A stretch of 64,000 nucleotides of DNA. It comes from an uncultured Chloroflexia bacterium. Its GTDB lineage: Bacteria; Chloroflexota; Limnocylindria; Limnocylindrales; CSP1-4. Every line of letters starts with the position of its first letter. Positions within the stretch are counted from its first letter, which is position 1. The DNA lies in NCBI GenBank assembly GCA_963790915.1, contig CAWBQS010000005.1, positions 87,579 through 151,578 of the forward strand, read 5' to 3'. Of this stretch, positions 1 to 10,579 are shown in pieces. Both the position numbers and the translations under genes were made by a program. Below the pieces are notes generated by a model. That model made no database searches. It saw nothing but the letters and a program-made list of their open reading frames with translations, and was not told the DNA's origin.

Positions 1-782
1 TGGTAGTCGCGTTCAGGATCTGCGACGCTCACGTCGACGACGTGCACGAGCACCCGGGTCCGCTCGACGTGACGAAGGAAGGCGTGCCCCAGGCCAGCGC
101 CGTCGCTGGCGCCCTCGATGAGGCCGGGCAGGTCCGCGATCGTCGGCCGGCGCTCGTCGGATGGGTCGTCCGCGGCCAGGTCAAGCACCCCAAGGTTGGG
201 CTCCAGGGTCGTGAAGGGATAGTCGGCGACCTTGGGGCGGGCGGCCGTGAGGGCTGCCAGCAGCGTGGACTTGCCCGCGTTCGGCAGGCCCACCAGGCCC
301 ACGTCGGCGATGAGTCGCAACTCGAGGCGCACACGACGCACCTCACCCGGCTCACCCTTCTGAGCGTGCTTGGGTGCCTGGTGTGTGGCGGTGGCGAAGT
401 GGGTGTTGCCCAGGCCGCCACGCCCGCCGCGCGCGATCATGACCTTCTGGGCCGGGAAGACGAGGTCGGCCATGAGGTCCCCGCTGACGGCGTCGAAGAT
501 CACCGTGCCGGGTGGCACGGGCAGCTCCGTGTCAGCGCCAGCGCGACCGTGGCGCCGGGAGCTTTCGCCCGGACCGCCGGGCTGCGCCCGGAAGTGATGG
601 CGGTTGCGATAGTCCACGAGCATCGTCTGGCCGACGTCCACGACGAGGTACACGGAGCCACCACGGCCGCCATCACCGCCGTCGGGTCCCCCGCGAGGCA
701 CGTGGGCCTCGCGACGGAAGCTGGCGGCGCCGTCGCCGCCCTTGCCGGCCGTGACCGTCAGCTCGACCTGGTCGAGGAACAC
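1..782 (-). CDS. obg: GTPase Obg/CgtA (N-terminal ~260 aa; C-terminus lies beyond the left window edge)
   Basis: The minus-strand frame is open from 782 to base 1. It is not in the ORF track because it has no in-window stop. Translation starts MFLDQVELTVTAGKGGDGAASFRREAHVPRGGPDGGDGGRGG (Obg glycine-rich fold). It continues to the P-loop GLVGLPNAGKSTLL and DLPGLIEGA. GTG start at 782 with GGGAG about 10 nt upstream. Confidence 0.9.
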   Translation of the reverse strand, partial: MFLDQVELTVTAGKGGDGAASFRREAHVPRGGPDGGDGGRGGSVYLVVDVGQTMLVDYRNRHHFRAQPGGPGESSRRHGRAGADTELPVPPGTVIFDAVSGDLMADLVFPAQKVMIARGGRGGLGNTHFATATHQAPKHAQKGEPGEVRRVRLELRLIADVGLVGLPNAGKSTLLAALTAARPKVADYPFTTLEPNLGVLDLAADDPSDERRPTIADLPGLIEGASDGAGLGHAFLRHVERTRVLVHVVDVSVADPERDY

Positions 783-839
783 GCGCGCGTCACTCCCGAC
801 TGATCGTGTCTGTGGCGGTGACCCGGTGGTCACCCATCA

Positions 840-2156
840 TCACGAGGAGGCTTCCGCCGCGCTCTGTCGCATCAGGGTGGCCAGGAACTCCGTATTGGAC
901 TCCGTCTTCGAGAGGCGGTTGAGCAGCAGCTCGATGCCCTCGTTGGTGCCCACCGCGCTCAGCATGCGGCGCATCGTCCAGACCATCTTGAGCACGGGCT
1001 CCTCGAGCAGCAGCTCCTCCCGGCGAGTGCCGGAGCGCTGCACATCGATGGAGGGAAAGATGCGCTTCTCGGAGAGCTTGCGGTCCAGGATGAGCTCCGA
1101 GTTGCCGGTGCCCTTGAACTCCTCGTAGATGACGTCGTCCATGCGCGAGCCGGTGTCCACCAGACAGGTGGCGATGATCGTCAGCGAGCCACCTTCCTCC
1201 AGCTTGCGGGCGGCACCGAAGAAGCGCTTGGGCGGGTAGAGGGCCACCGGGTCGATGCCGCCGGTGAGCGTGCGGCCGGAGGGCGGCAGGGCCAGGTTGT
1301 AGGCGCGCGAGAGGCGCGTGATGGAGTCCAGCAGGATGACCACGTCACGCCCGCCCTCCGTCTGGCGCTTGGCGATCTCCAGGGCCATCTCCGCGACGTG
1401 CGTGTGGTTCTCCGTGGGCTCGTCGAAGGTGCTGGAGATGACCTCGCCCTTCACGGAGCGCCGCATGTCCGTGACCTCCTCCGGGCGCTCGCCGATGAGC
1501 GCCACCATGAGGAGGATGTCCGGGTAGTTGCCGCTGATGCCGTTGGCGATGGCCTTCAGGAGCATGGTCTTGCCGGCCTTGGGCGGGCTCACGATGAGCG
1601 CACGCTGGCCCTTGCCGATGGGATTCACCAGGTTGACGAGGCGCTGGCTGAGGTTCTTGGGGTCGTTCTCGAGGTTGATGAGCTGGTAGGGGTGGATCGG
1701 GGTCAGCTCGTCGAAGTGCGGGCGGCGGCGGGCGTCGAGAGGGTCCATGCCATTGACCGTGTCGACGCGAACGAGACCCCAGTACTTCTCGCCCTTCTTG
1801 GGCGGCCTGGGGATGCCGGCCACACGGTCGCCGCCGCGCAGTCCGAAGCGGCGCACGAGGCTGGAGCTGATGTACACGTCGTCCGGGCTGGGCATGAGCC
1901 CGCGCCGACGCATGAAGCCGTAGCCGTCCTCGACGAGATCCAGGATGCCGGCCGCATAGCGCTGCATGCTGTCATCCGGCCGGCGCGGCATGCCCGGGTC
2001 GGCCGTCTCGTCGCGGGCAGCGCCGTCTTCGGCGACCTCCATGTCCGCGCCGTAGCGCTCGACATCATCTGCGTCCCGGTACTCGCGTTCCCTGGTATCC
2101 ATCGTTCGGGTGTCCGTCCTCGCGGCGTGGGGGTGCTCAGCCTGGTGAGGGCGCAC
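840..2156 (-). CDS. rho: Transcription termination factor Rho
   Basis: 438-aa ORF with an RNA-binding domain (GYGFMRRRG), Walker [18 protein letters not shown], Walker [17 protein letters not shown], and [17 protein letters not shown]. The start is either GTG 2156 or ATG 2102. Confidence 0.95.
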   Translation of the reverse strand: MRPHQAEHPHAARTDTRTMDTREREYRDADDVERYGADMEVAEDGAARDETADPGMPRRPDDSMQRYAAGILDLVEDGYGFMRRRGLMPSPDDVYISSSLVRRFGLRGGDRVAGIPRPPKKGEKYWGLVRVDTVNGMDPLDARRRPHFDELTPIHPYQLINLENDPKNLSQRLVNLVNPIGKGQRALIVSPPKAGKTMLLKAIANGISGNYPDILLMVALIGERPEEVTDMRRSVKGEVISSTFDEPTENHTHVAEMALEIAKRQTEGGRDVVILLDSITRLSRAYNLALPPSGRTLTGGIDPVALYPPKRFFGAARKLEEGGSLTIIATCLVDTGSRMDDVIYEEFKGTGNSELILDRKLSEKRIFPSIDVQRSGTRREELLLEEPVLKMVWTMRRMLSAVGTNEGIELLLNRLSKTESNTEFLATLMRQSAAEASS

Positions 2157-2489
2157 GCGCGGCGGCGCACCTGGTGGCTGTTGGGGTGAGTGCCCGTGCC
2201 GGACCTGCTAGCCGAGGACCGAGCGGATGCCGGCATGACAGCGGCGTCCAGCACCTGTGGGCTGGCACGATGGTAGCACGCACCGGGGGGCGGTCAAGCC
2301 CCGGGTGGGTTCGTGTCACCGGCCGGCGAATCTGTCACCCATAAGCGGCCAGCGACTTCATGCATTTCCTGCGGGGCGCGGCATGGGACGCCTGGCCTGG
2401 GACCCAAGGCCCCGCGCGGGGTGCCGCAGGCTTGCGGCGCATGCCCCTCGGGTGCCGCAGGCTCGCGGCGCATGCTGCGGAGCGCGCCC

Positions 2490-3152
2490 TCAGCCCTTGG
2501 CGGCGTCCGCGGTCGCCTTCGCCCAGTCGGCCTTGAACTGGCTGATGCCCTTGTCCGTCAACGGATGGTGGACCATCTGCTGGAAGACCTTGAAGGGCAG
2601 CGTGGCGACGCCCGCACCGGCCAGGGCGCCGTCGATGACGTGCCGCGGGCTGCGTACCGACGCGACGAGGACCTCCGACTCGAAGCCATGCATCTCGATG
2701 ATGGCCGCCAGCTCGCGGATCATCTCCATGCCGTCCTGGTTGATGTCGTCGAGACGACCCACGAACGGCGACAGCAACCAGGCCCCGGCCTTGGCCGCCA
2801 GGAGGCCCTGGGCGGCGCTGAAGATGAGCGTGCAGTTGGTCTTGATGCCCTCCTCGGCAAAGCGGGAGATGGCCGTCAGGCCGATCTCGCTCATGGGCAC
2901 CTTGATGACGATGTTGGGAGCGATGTGGGTGAAGGCACGGCCTTCGCGCAACATGCCCTCCAGGTCGTCGGCGATGACCTCCGCGCTGACCGGACCGGAG
3001 GTGATGGTGCAGATCTCCTCGAGGACGGATTCGTAGGAGCCGCCGCCCGCCTTGGCGAACAGGGTCGGGTTGGTGGTGACGCCGTCCAGCACGCCCCAGC
3101 TGTGCACGGTGCGGATCTCGTCGATGACGGCGGTGTCCAGGAAGAGCTTCAT
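2490..3152 (-). CDS. tal: Short-form transaldolase / fructose-6-phosphate aldolase family protein
   Basis: 220 aa. MKLFLDTA, GVTTNPTL, VIKVP, TNCTLIFS and SPFVGRLDD are the motif set of the ~220-aa class of transaldolases. Confidence 0.9.
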   Translation of the reverse strand: MKLFLDTAVIDEIRTVHSWGVLDGVTTNPTLFAKAGGGSYESVLEEICTITSGPVSAEVIADDLEGMLREGRAFTHIAPNIVIKVPMSEIGLTAISRFAEEGIKTNCTLIFSAAQGLLAAKAGAWLLSPFVGRLDDINQDGMEMIRELAAIIEMHGFESEVLVASVRSPRHVIDGALAGAGVATLPFKVFQQMVHHPLTDKGISQFKADWAKATADAAKG

Positions 3153-3363
3153 GAGGCGGGGACTCCTGCGAGTGCAGCGGGTGGCGATGACTGCTCGCGA
3201 TTGTACGTCGCCACCGGATCGCGACGGCGTGGGCGGTCCGGGTCGACCGCCGCTGAGACCGTGGTCTGTTGGACAGGGGTAGCTACACTGGTCGCGAGGC
3301 GGCTGTCGTCAGGTCGGTCGCCGTTCCCGGTATCTGGATCCCAGGTGGGTAAGGAGGATTCCG

Positions 3364-4320
3364 ATGCAGGTCCGAACACCCGTCGCCCTGTCGCTCAGCG
3401 CGCTCATCCTCGCGCTCGCGGGGGCCAGCGCCGTCTCCGCGCAGGGCGCGGCGCCGGCGGTCGGCGAGCCGGTCCCGGTCGTTGACGCCGAGGGCGTCGT
3501 CCACGGCAGCGTCACGGTCAAGGAGGTGGTCGACCCGTTCACCGGGTTCGACCCGGCAGCGCCACCGGCGGATGGCATGCGCTACATCACGATCACCGTG
3601 ACGTATGAGGCCGCGCCGGACCAGTCGCTCGACGCCCAGCCCTACCAGATCGTGCTCCAGGGCGCCAACGGGACGATCTTCTACCCGCAGTACGTGCCGC
3701 GCCCCGCGGATAGCAAGATCCCGGACCTGCAGAGCCAGCTCATGGCCCCGGACAATCGCCTCTCCGGCGTCATCGGCTACATCGTCCCGACGACGGAGGC
3801 CATCGCCAAGGTCGCCTTCTCGCCCTCCGGGGATCGCCTCAGCGACATCGCTGATCTGGGCGCGACCGAGGCACCAGCTCTCGGCGAAGCGGTCATCTAC
3901 ACCGACGCGAATGGCGCATCGGTGAGCGTCTCAGCGGCAATCATCGACCCGTTCACGGGCTTCGACCCCGCCTACCCGCCCGCCGAGGGCACGCGCTTCG
4001 TCGTGGCCGAGGCCGTCTACGAGGGCAGCGGCGATCTCCCCTACTACGCGGACCCCTGGGACATCTATCTGCGGGACAGCACGGGCCTGCTCATCGCGCC
4101 GACGAGCGTCTACGTGCCACCGGGGACCACGCCGGTGAGCCTCGAAGGCCAGACGATGAACCCTGGGGACCGAGTCTCCGGCTATGTCGGCTTCGCGGTG
4201 CCGGCCGAGATGCAGATCGCTGACGTGCTCTACTACCCCGAGTCGGGACGCGTCGTCTCATTGGGCCGAACTGGCGGTGCCGTGTCGCCGGCGGAGGCGT
4301 CACCCGGCACCGACGGCTGA
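3364..4320 (+). CDS. Secreted protein with two tandem ~150-aa domains (DUF4352-like Ig-type fold suspected)
   Basis: Shine-Dalgarno (SD) sequence AAGGAGG upstream. Signal peptide MQVRTPVALSLSALILALAGASAVSAQG. Internal duplication: VVDPFTGFDPAAPPADGMRY... and IIDPFTGFDPAYPPAEGTRF.... The family name is from memory and not verified. Confidence 0.75.
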   Translation: MQVRTPVALSLSALILALAGASAVSAQGAAPAVGEPVPVVDAEGVVHGSVTVKEVVDPFTGFDPAAPPADGMRYITITVTYEAAPDQSLDAQPYQIVLQGANGTIFYPQYVPRPADSKIPDLQSQLMAPDNRLSGVIGYIVPTTEAIAKVAFSPSGDRLSDIADLGATEAPALGEAVIYTDANGASVSVSAAIIDPFTGFDPAYPPAEGTRFVVAEAVYEGSGDLPYYADPWDIYLRDSTGLLIAPTSVYVPPGTTPVSLEGQTMNPGDRVSGYVGFAVPAEMQIADVLYYPESGRVVSLGRTGGAVSPAEASPGTDG

Positions 4321-4477
4321 CGACCGCCGGGCACCACCGACACATCATTCCGGAGCCAGGAACACCCCAGGCCTGACCAGGACCAGCTGGCCGGCTTCAT
4401 CCCGCCGGACCCGGTCGCTCACGTCCTGGTGGGCTCGCAGCCGCCCCGAACGGTGGCCCATCGGGCCGCCCCGGCAG

Positions 4478-6262
<1,785 letters not shown>

Positions 6263-7177
6263 TCACTCGGCGGCTGCCCTGGCGACGCCCCCACCGGCCA
6301 GGTCCTGCAGCACAGTGATGAGGGCGGAGTGGTCGTCGTCGGCCCGGCCGGCAGCGGCCGCGGCGCGCATGAGCTGCTCCACGATAGCGCCCGCCGGGAG
6401 AGCCACACCCGTCTCGCGCGCCAGCTCAGCGGCGTTCTTCAGGTCCTTGAGGTGCAGTCGGATGCGGAAGCCCGGCTCGAAGGAGCCCGACAGGAACTTG
6501 TCGCGGCGCATCTCCAGCACGCGGGTGGCAGCCAGGCCGCCCTGCAGGACATCGGCGATGCGAGCCGGGTCCACGCCCGCTCGTTCGCCCAGCACCAGCG
6601 CCTCGGATACAGCCTCGATGACGACGCCGACGACGACCTGGTTGCAGATCTTGACGACCTGCCCGGCGCCCGCCGGACCGACGTGGACGATCGTGCTGCC
6701 CATGACCTCCAGGATGGGGCGGGCACGCTCGAAGGCCGCCTCGCTGCCACCGACCATGATCGAGAGCGTGCCAGCGATGGCGCCCTTGTCGCCGCCGCTC
6801 ACGGGAGCATCGAGGGCCTCGGCACCGACAGCCTGGGCGCGAGCCGCCAGGTCGCGTGCCAGCGATGGTGCGATCGAGCTCATGTCGATGGCCAGCCAGC
6901 CGGGGCGAAGAGCCTCGAAGGCGCCATCCTGGCCCAGGTAGACCTCGCGAACCTCGGGCGAGTCGGGGAGCATCGTGATGAGGACATCGGTCTCGGCGGC
7001 GACCTGGCGAGGCGAGCTGCCGGCCGTGGCCCCGGCGGCCACCAGCTCCTCCACGGCCGCCGGGACGACGTCCAGGACGGTCACCCGGAAACCGGCCGCC
7101 AGCAGGTTGCGGGCCATGGGGCGGCCCATGATGCCGAGCCCGATGAAGCCGATGCTGGGATGGACGTCGGTGGTCAT
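6263..7177 (-). CDS. NAD(P)-dependent beta-hydroxyacid dehydrogenase (3-hydroxyisobutyrate / 2-hydroxy-3-oxopropionate reductase family)
   Basis: 304 aa with N-terminal Rossmann motif IGFIGLGIMGRPMARNL and family-typical length and C-terminal helical domain. The substrate cannot be assigned. Confidence 0.85.
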   Translation of the reverse strand: MTTDVHPSIGFIGLGIMGRPMARNLLAAGFRVTVLDVVPAAVEELVAAGATAGSSPRQVAAETDVLITMLPDSPEVREVYLGQDGAFEALRPGWLAIDMSSIAPSLARDLAARAQAVGAEALDAPVSGGDKGAIAGTLSIMVGGSEAAFERARPILEVMGSTIVHVGPAGAGQVVKICNQVVVGVVIEAVSEALVLGERAGVDPARIADVLQGGLAATRVLEMRRDKFLSGSFEPGFRIRLHLKDLKNAAELARETGVALPAGAIVEQLMRAAAAAGRADDDHSALITVLQDLAGGGVARAAAE

Positions 7178-7359
7178 GGCGTGGACCTCCCTACTGGCGC
7201 GCGGGATGCGCTGACGATGCGGTCATCGGGGCGCGGACCGGCAGTGGGTGCTCCGGTGGCGCCAATCCCGAGTCTGCCACGCCAGGCCCTCGCGTGGCCT
7301 GGCGATGTCGGGTCGGCAGCGCGTATCGTGCCGCGACCGTGCGGCGGCGCGGTCGCGCG

Positions 7360-7740
7360 GCCTGCGCGTGGTCGACGTCCGCGCGGTCGACCACGCGGAT
7401 GGGGGCTCTGGAGCCGCCAAGAACGCCCGGCGGCGGTGCCTCGAGCCTCGATCGCGCGGTCGACCACGCGGCGCCGGGGCCAGGAGCGCCGAGAACGCCC
7501 GGCGGGGGTGCCTCGAGCCTCGATCGCGCGGTCGACCACGCGGCGCCGGGGCCAGGAGCGCCGAGAACGCCCGGCGGCGGTGCCTCGAGCCTCGATCGCG
7601 CGGTCGACCACGCGGCGCCGGGGCCAGGAGCGCCGAGAGCGCCCGGCGGCGGTGCCTCGAGCCTCGATCGCGCAGTCGACCACGCGGATGGGGGCCCTGG
7701 AGCCGCAGGCAGGCCCGGCGGCGGAGCCTTGGCCCGGCGG
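7360..7740. repeat. Tandem 72-bp repeat array A (5 full units plus a partial one) with palindromic core CGCGCGGTCGACCACGCG
   Basis: GTCGAC centres at about 7371, 7386, 7459, 7531, 7603 and 7675. Units 2-4 are almost identical (gcctcgatcgcgcggtcgaccacgcggcgccggggccaggagcgccgagaacgcccggcggcggtgcctcga). Confidence 0.9.
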
Positions 7741-7852
7741 CCACGCGCGGACGTGCCACTCCCGGGCCGGCGTGGTGGAGAGAGGACGGGATCCGCGGGC
7801 ACCATCCCGCGGACACCCTGCTACCGCGCGGGCAGTCGACCGGCTGCCCCCG

Positions 7853-8941
7853 CTAGTGGACGAGCCGGACCTCCCCGGTGACGTCCACCTGGAAGGACCC
7901 GTCCGGTGCGGCACAGTAGTTCTCGTCATCGACCCGGTAGTTGCCCGGGACGTTGCCGCAGTTCGATTCGATGACGGCGCCCTCCAGCCACTTGGCGTGT
8001 GGGTTGCCTTCGCCCGTGAAGACGACCGCGGCAAAGCCGACGATGTGATAGTAGGCGTTGCTGCCGGTGCCGCCGGCCGTGTCCCAGACCGGCACCCACA
8101 CCGGGATCTTGTTCGTGATGTAGAAGGACAGATCGCCCCACTCGTTGCCGGTCAGCGTGGAGATCCTGTCCACACTGCCCGGTTGGCCGACCGCCGAGCA
8201 ACAGCCGTGTGAGTTGGAGGGCGGCCCGATCTGCGAGTCCAGGAAGGGCTGGCTCATCTTGCAGCCACCGTCGGCGAGCATCCCCAGGCTGCTGGTCCAG
8301 TCGCACTTGCCGCCCTGGCCCTGCAACCCGAAGGAGAGCCAGCCGAAGCCGCCCGGGATGTTGAGCTGTCCGGAGGTGAGGCTCCGAACGCAGTCGTCCA
8401 GGTCCGTGATGGGGCACGAACGGTGACCCCGGATCACCGAGTCCTGGATGCCCACGGGCATGACCCCGGCGCCGATGCTGCGGCCCGGCGTGAAGGCCGT
8501 GGCCGTGGTGGAGGTCGCCCAGTCCGTGACGCCGATGACCCCCAGCAGGAAGGGTCGCCAGTTGGTGCGAGCGTTGACGACCACGCCGAAGGCGCCGGGC
8601 GGGATGCTGCCGGCGCTCACCACGTCTCCGATGGCAACGCCGCTCTCGGTGACGTACTGCGCGCTCACCAGCTCCGCATCGTTGGCCGCCAGCACTGACC
8701 TGATGGCCGCCTCGACATTGCCCGCCGACCCCGAGCCAGCGGGACGGTCAGTCAGGGACACGCCCACGATGCGCGTGCCGGCCATGGCAGCGAAGTCCGC
8801 TGCGTTCTGGGTGGCACGGCGCTGCGCGAAGGCGAAGCCGCCGTCCACCACCACGGCAGCACCCAGGACGATGGCCACGAGACCGAAGGCGAAGAGCGCC
8901 AACGTCTGGCCTCGCTGGGATCGGCTGTCAGGGGCGTGCAT
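7853..8941 (-). CDS. TadG-like Flp-pilus assembly protein (pseudopilin-type N-terminus)
   Basis: 362 aa. The N-terminus RGQTLALFAFGLVAIVLGAAVVVDGGFAFAQRRATQNAADFAAMAG matches the TadE/G-like N-terminal domain. The Cys-rich C-terminal part carries PGGFGWLSF. Confidence 0.75.
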   Translation of the reverse strand: MHAPDSRSQRGQTLALFAFGLVAIVLGAAVVVDGGFAFAQRRATQNAADFAAMAGTRIVGVSLTDRPAGSGSAGNVEAAIRSVLAANDAELVSAQYVTESGVAIGDVVSAGSIPPGAFGVVVNARTNWRPFLLGVIGVTDWATSTTATAFTPGRSIGAGVMPVGIQDSVIRGHRSCPITDLDDCVRSLTSGQLNIPGGFGWLSFGLQGQGGKCDWTSSLGMLADGGCKMSQPFLDSQIGPPSNSHGCCSAVGQPGSVDRISTLTGNEWGDLSFYITNKIPVWVPVWDTAGGTGSNAYYHIVGFAAVVFTGEGNPHAKWLEGAVIESNCGNVPGNYRVDDENYCAAPDGSFQVDVTGEVRLVH

Positions 8942-8949
8942 CTGGCCTC

Positions 8950-9546
8950 CTAGTTGATGACCATCGTGGCCGAGCCGCTCAGCGGCACGGACCCGATCAG
9001 GGAGCCGATGATCGGCGTGACGGGCGAGTAGGTGTATTCGACCCTCACCGAAATGAGGTCGCCGTCCGTCCCGACGGCCGTGCCGGCCAGCGTCTGGCAG
9101 CCGTTGCCCAGGCCTCCGGGCTGGTCTGTCCAGTCACCGGAGGGTGCCGGATCCAGGGACGAACCCTCATTGCAGCTGATATGCACCGCGCTCAGCGTGC
9201 CGAGGCTGACCGCCATGCGGTTGACGGCCTCGCCGACGTGGGCACGCAGGTTCGCCACCGTGGCCGGGCAGACGTGGGCGCCCGGATTCCCCGGACCGAT
9301 GGCGCTCGCAGAGCTGACGCAGCTGGGGGCTGTGACCCCCACCCAGGCCGCCTCGGTCGCCGCAAGCCGGGCGCCTTCCCGAGCCGCCTGGGAGAGTGCG
9401 GAGTTGGTGTAGACCATGCGACCCACGTCGAAGATGCCGACCAAGGCCAGAAAGAAGACCGGGATGACGAGGGCGAACTCGACCAGTGCCTGGCCGGACT
9501 GGGCCCGGCGGGCGCTGGTGAGCCTCGTCATGCGGCGCGCTCTCAA
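8950..9546 (-). CDS. TadE-like pseudopilin
   Basis: 198 aa. SGQALVEFALVIPVFFLALVGIFDVGRMVYTNSALSQAAREGARLA is a typical TadE N-terminal segment. The start overlaps the stop of the upstream gene. Confidence 0.8.
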   Translation of the reverse strand: MRARRMTRLTSARRAQSGQALVEFALVIPVFFLALVGIFDVGRMVYTNSALSQAAREGARLAATEAAWVGVTAPSCVSSASAIGPGNPGAHVCPATVANLRAHVGEAVNRMAVSLGTLSAVHISCNEGSSLDPAPSGDWTDQPGGLGNGCQTLAGTAVGTDGDLISVRVEYTYSPVTPIIGSLIGSVPLSGSATMVIN

Positions 9547-10409
9547 TGGTCGCTCACGGTCATGTTCGTGGAGCAGAGCTGCGAGCTCCCCGCCAGCAAT
9601 GTCTGCGCCTTGATCTTCTTGCCGCCCGTGTCGTTCGTCAGGGTGCCCGTGAAGCCCGCGACGTCATGCCATGTGTGCGGCGCGCCCAGATCGTTCCAGT
9701 AGGTGTTCCGGTAGTCCGGGACGATGCAGCGGGGCGGCGGCGTGGGTGCGGGAGTGGGCGTCGGTGAGGGCGAGGGAGTCGCGGTCTCGCCGGGAGCGAG
9801 GGAGGGCGTGGGGGATGGTGTCGGCGTGGGAGTCGGGGTGGGGGTTGGCGTGGGCGTGGGCGTCGGGGGCGGGGTCGGCAGCGGCGGGATGGTGGGCCCC
9901 GGCAGGATCGTCACGTCAGCCGGATTGAGGATCGGGGCCGTGGCAGATGCGGTGAGGTTCAACGAGCCACCGAAGACGTTGCCGATGATGGGCGTGAGGA
10001 AGGTGAAGGGTTGCTGCACCGCCACCGTCACCTGGTTGCCGATGCCGGTCGCGAAGTCGGCTGCGGCGTGGCAGTCCAGCGGCGCGCCAGGGTTCGCGGG
10101 TGAGAAGCAGCGCGTCGACGACACCGTCAGCGCGCCCGCGCCACCCTGGCTCTGGGCGTTCGTCTCCCGCAGGGCGGCTGCCGTCACCCCGGTGCTGTAC
10201 TGGCCGCTGCTGAAGGGTGTGTCCGCCGCACGCAGCGCGGCGTAGCTGGCCCCCTCGCGGGCGGCGTTATTGACAGCGATGTAGCTGAAGAAGAGCCGCC
10301 CGAAGTCGACGGCGAGCAGCATGAGCAGCAGCAACGCGGGCAGGATGAGCGCGAATTCGACGAGCGCCTGCCCTTGCGAGCGATGCCGACGCCTGAAGAC
10401 CTGGGGCAC
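9543..10409 (-). CDS. TadE-like pseudopilin with Pro/Thr-rich linker and small C-terminal domain
   Basis: Taken as the in-frame part of track ORF 9543..11132. It starts at GTG 10409, with GGAGAG 6 nt upstream: VPQVFRRRHRSQGQALVEFALILPALLLLMLLAVDFGRLFF. Linker: PTPPPTPTPTPTPTPTPTPTPSPTP. The upstream 240 codons of the track ORF are Arg/Gly/Pro-rich read-through. Confidence 0.75.
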   Translation of the reverse strand: MPQVFRRRHRSQGQALVEFALILPALLLLMLLAVDFGRLFFSYIAVNNAAREGASYAALRAADTPFSSGQYSTGVTAAALRETNAQSQGGAGALTVSSTRCFSPANPGAPLDCHAAADFATGIGNQVTVAVQQPFTFLTPIIGNVFGGSLNLTASATAPILNPADVTILPGPTIPPLPTPPPTPTPTPTPTPTPTPTPSPTPSLAPGETATPSPSPTPTPAPTPPPRCIVPDYRNTYWNDLGAPHTWHDVAGFTGTLTNDTGGKKIKAQTLLAGSSQLCSTNMTVSDH

Positions 10410-10497
10410 TGAGGTCTCTCCTGGCGAGTCAGGGTGTGTGCTCGGCGACACTCCGACCGGTCTATGTCCAAAGGTACTGGGTAGCCTATGGGCCGAA

Positions 10498-10526
10498 AGT
10501 ATAAGGCGCGCAGCATAGCCTGCCAA
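10498..10526 (-). promoter_or_regulatory. Sigma-70-type promoter candidate for the tadE-tadE-tadG cluster
   Basis: The minus strand reads TTGGCA, a 17-nt spacer, then TATACT. It lies in a locally AT-richer 170-bp intergenic stretch about 85 nt upstream of the GTG at 10409. Confidence 0.5.
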
Positions 10527-10579
10527 CGAACGGACAGTGCCTACTGGCCCAAATGCTGGTGCCTCGGCGCCCCACGTCC

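Noticed and set aside
7360-7740. CRISPR array interpretation of the 72-bp arrays (also at 28105-28350, 55665-55850 and 56875-57365). This would mean a ~28-bp conserved palindromic repeat separated by ~44-bp spacers.
   Set aside because: The inter-core segments are nearly identical within each array, so they are not unique spacers. No cas genes or leader are present, and the units are plain tandem duplications.
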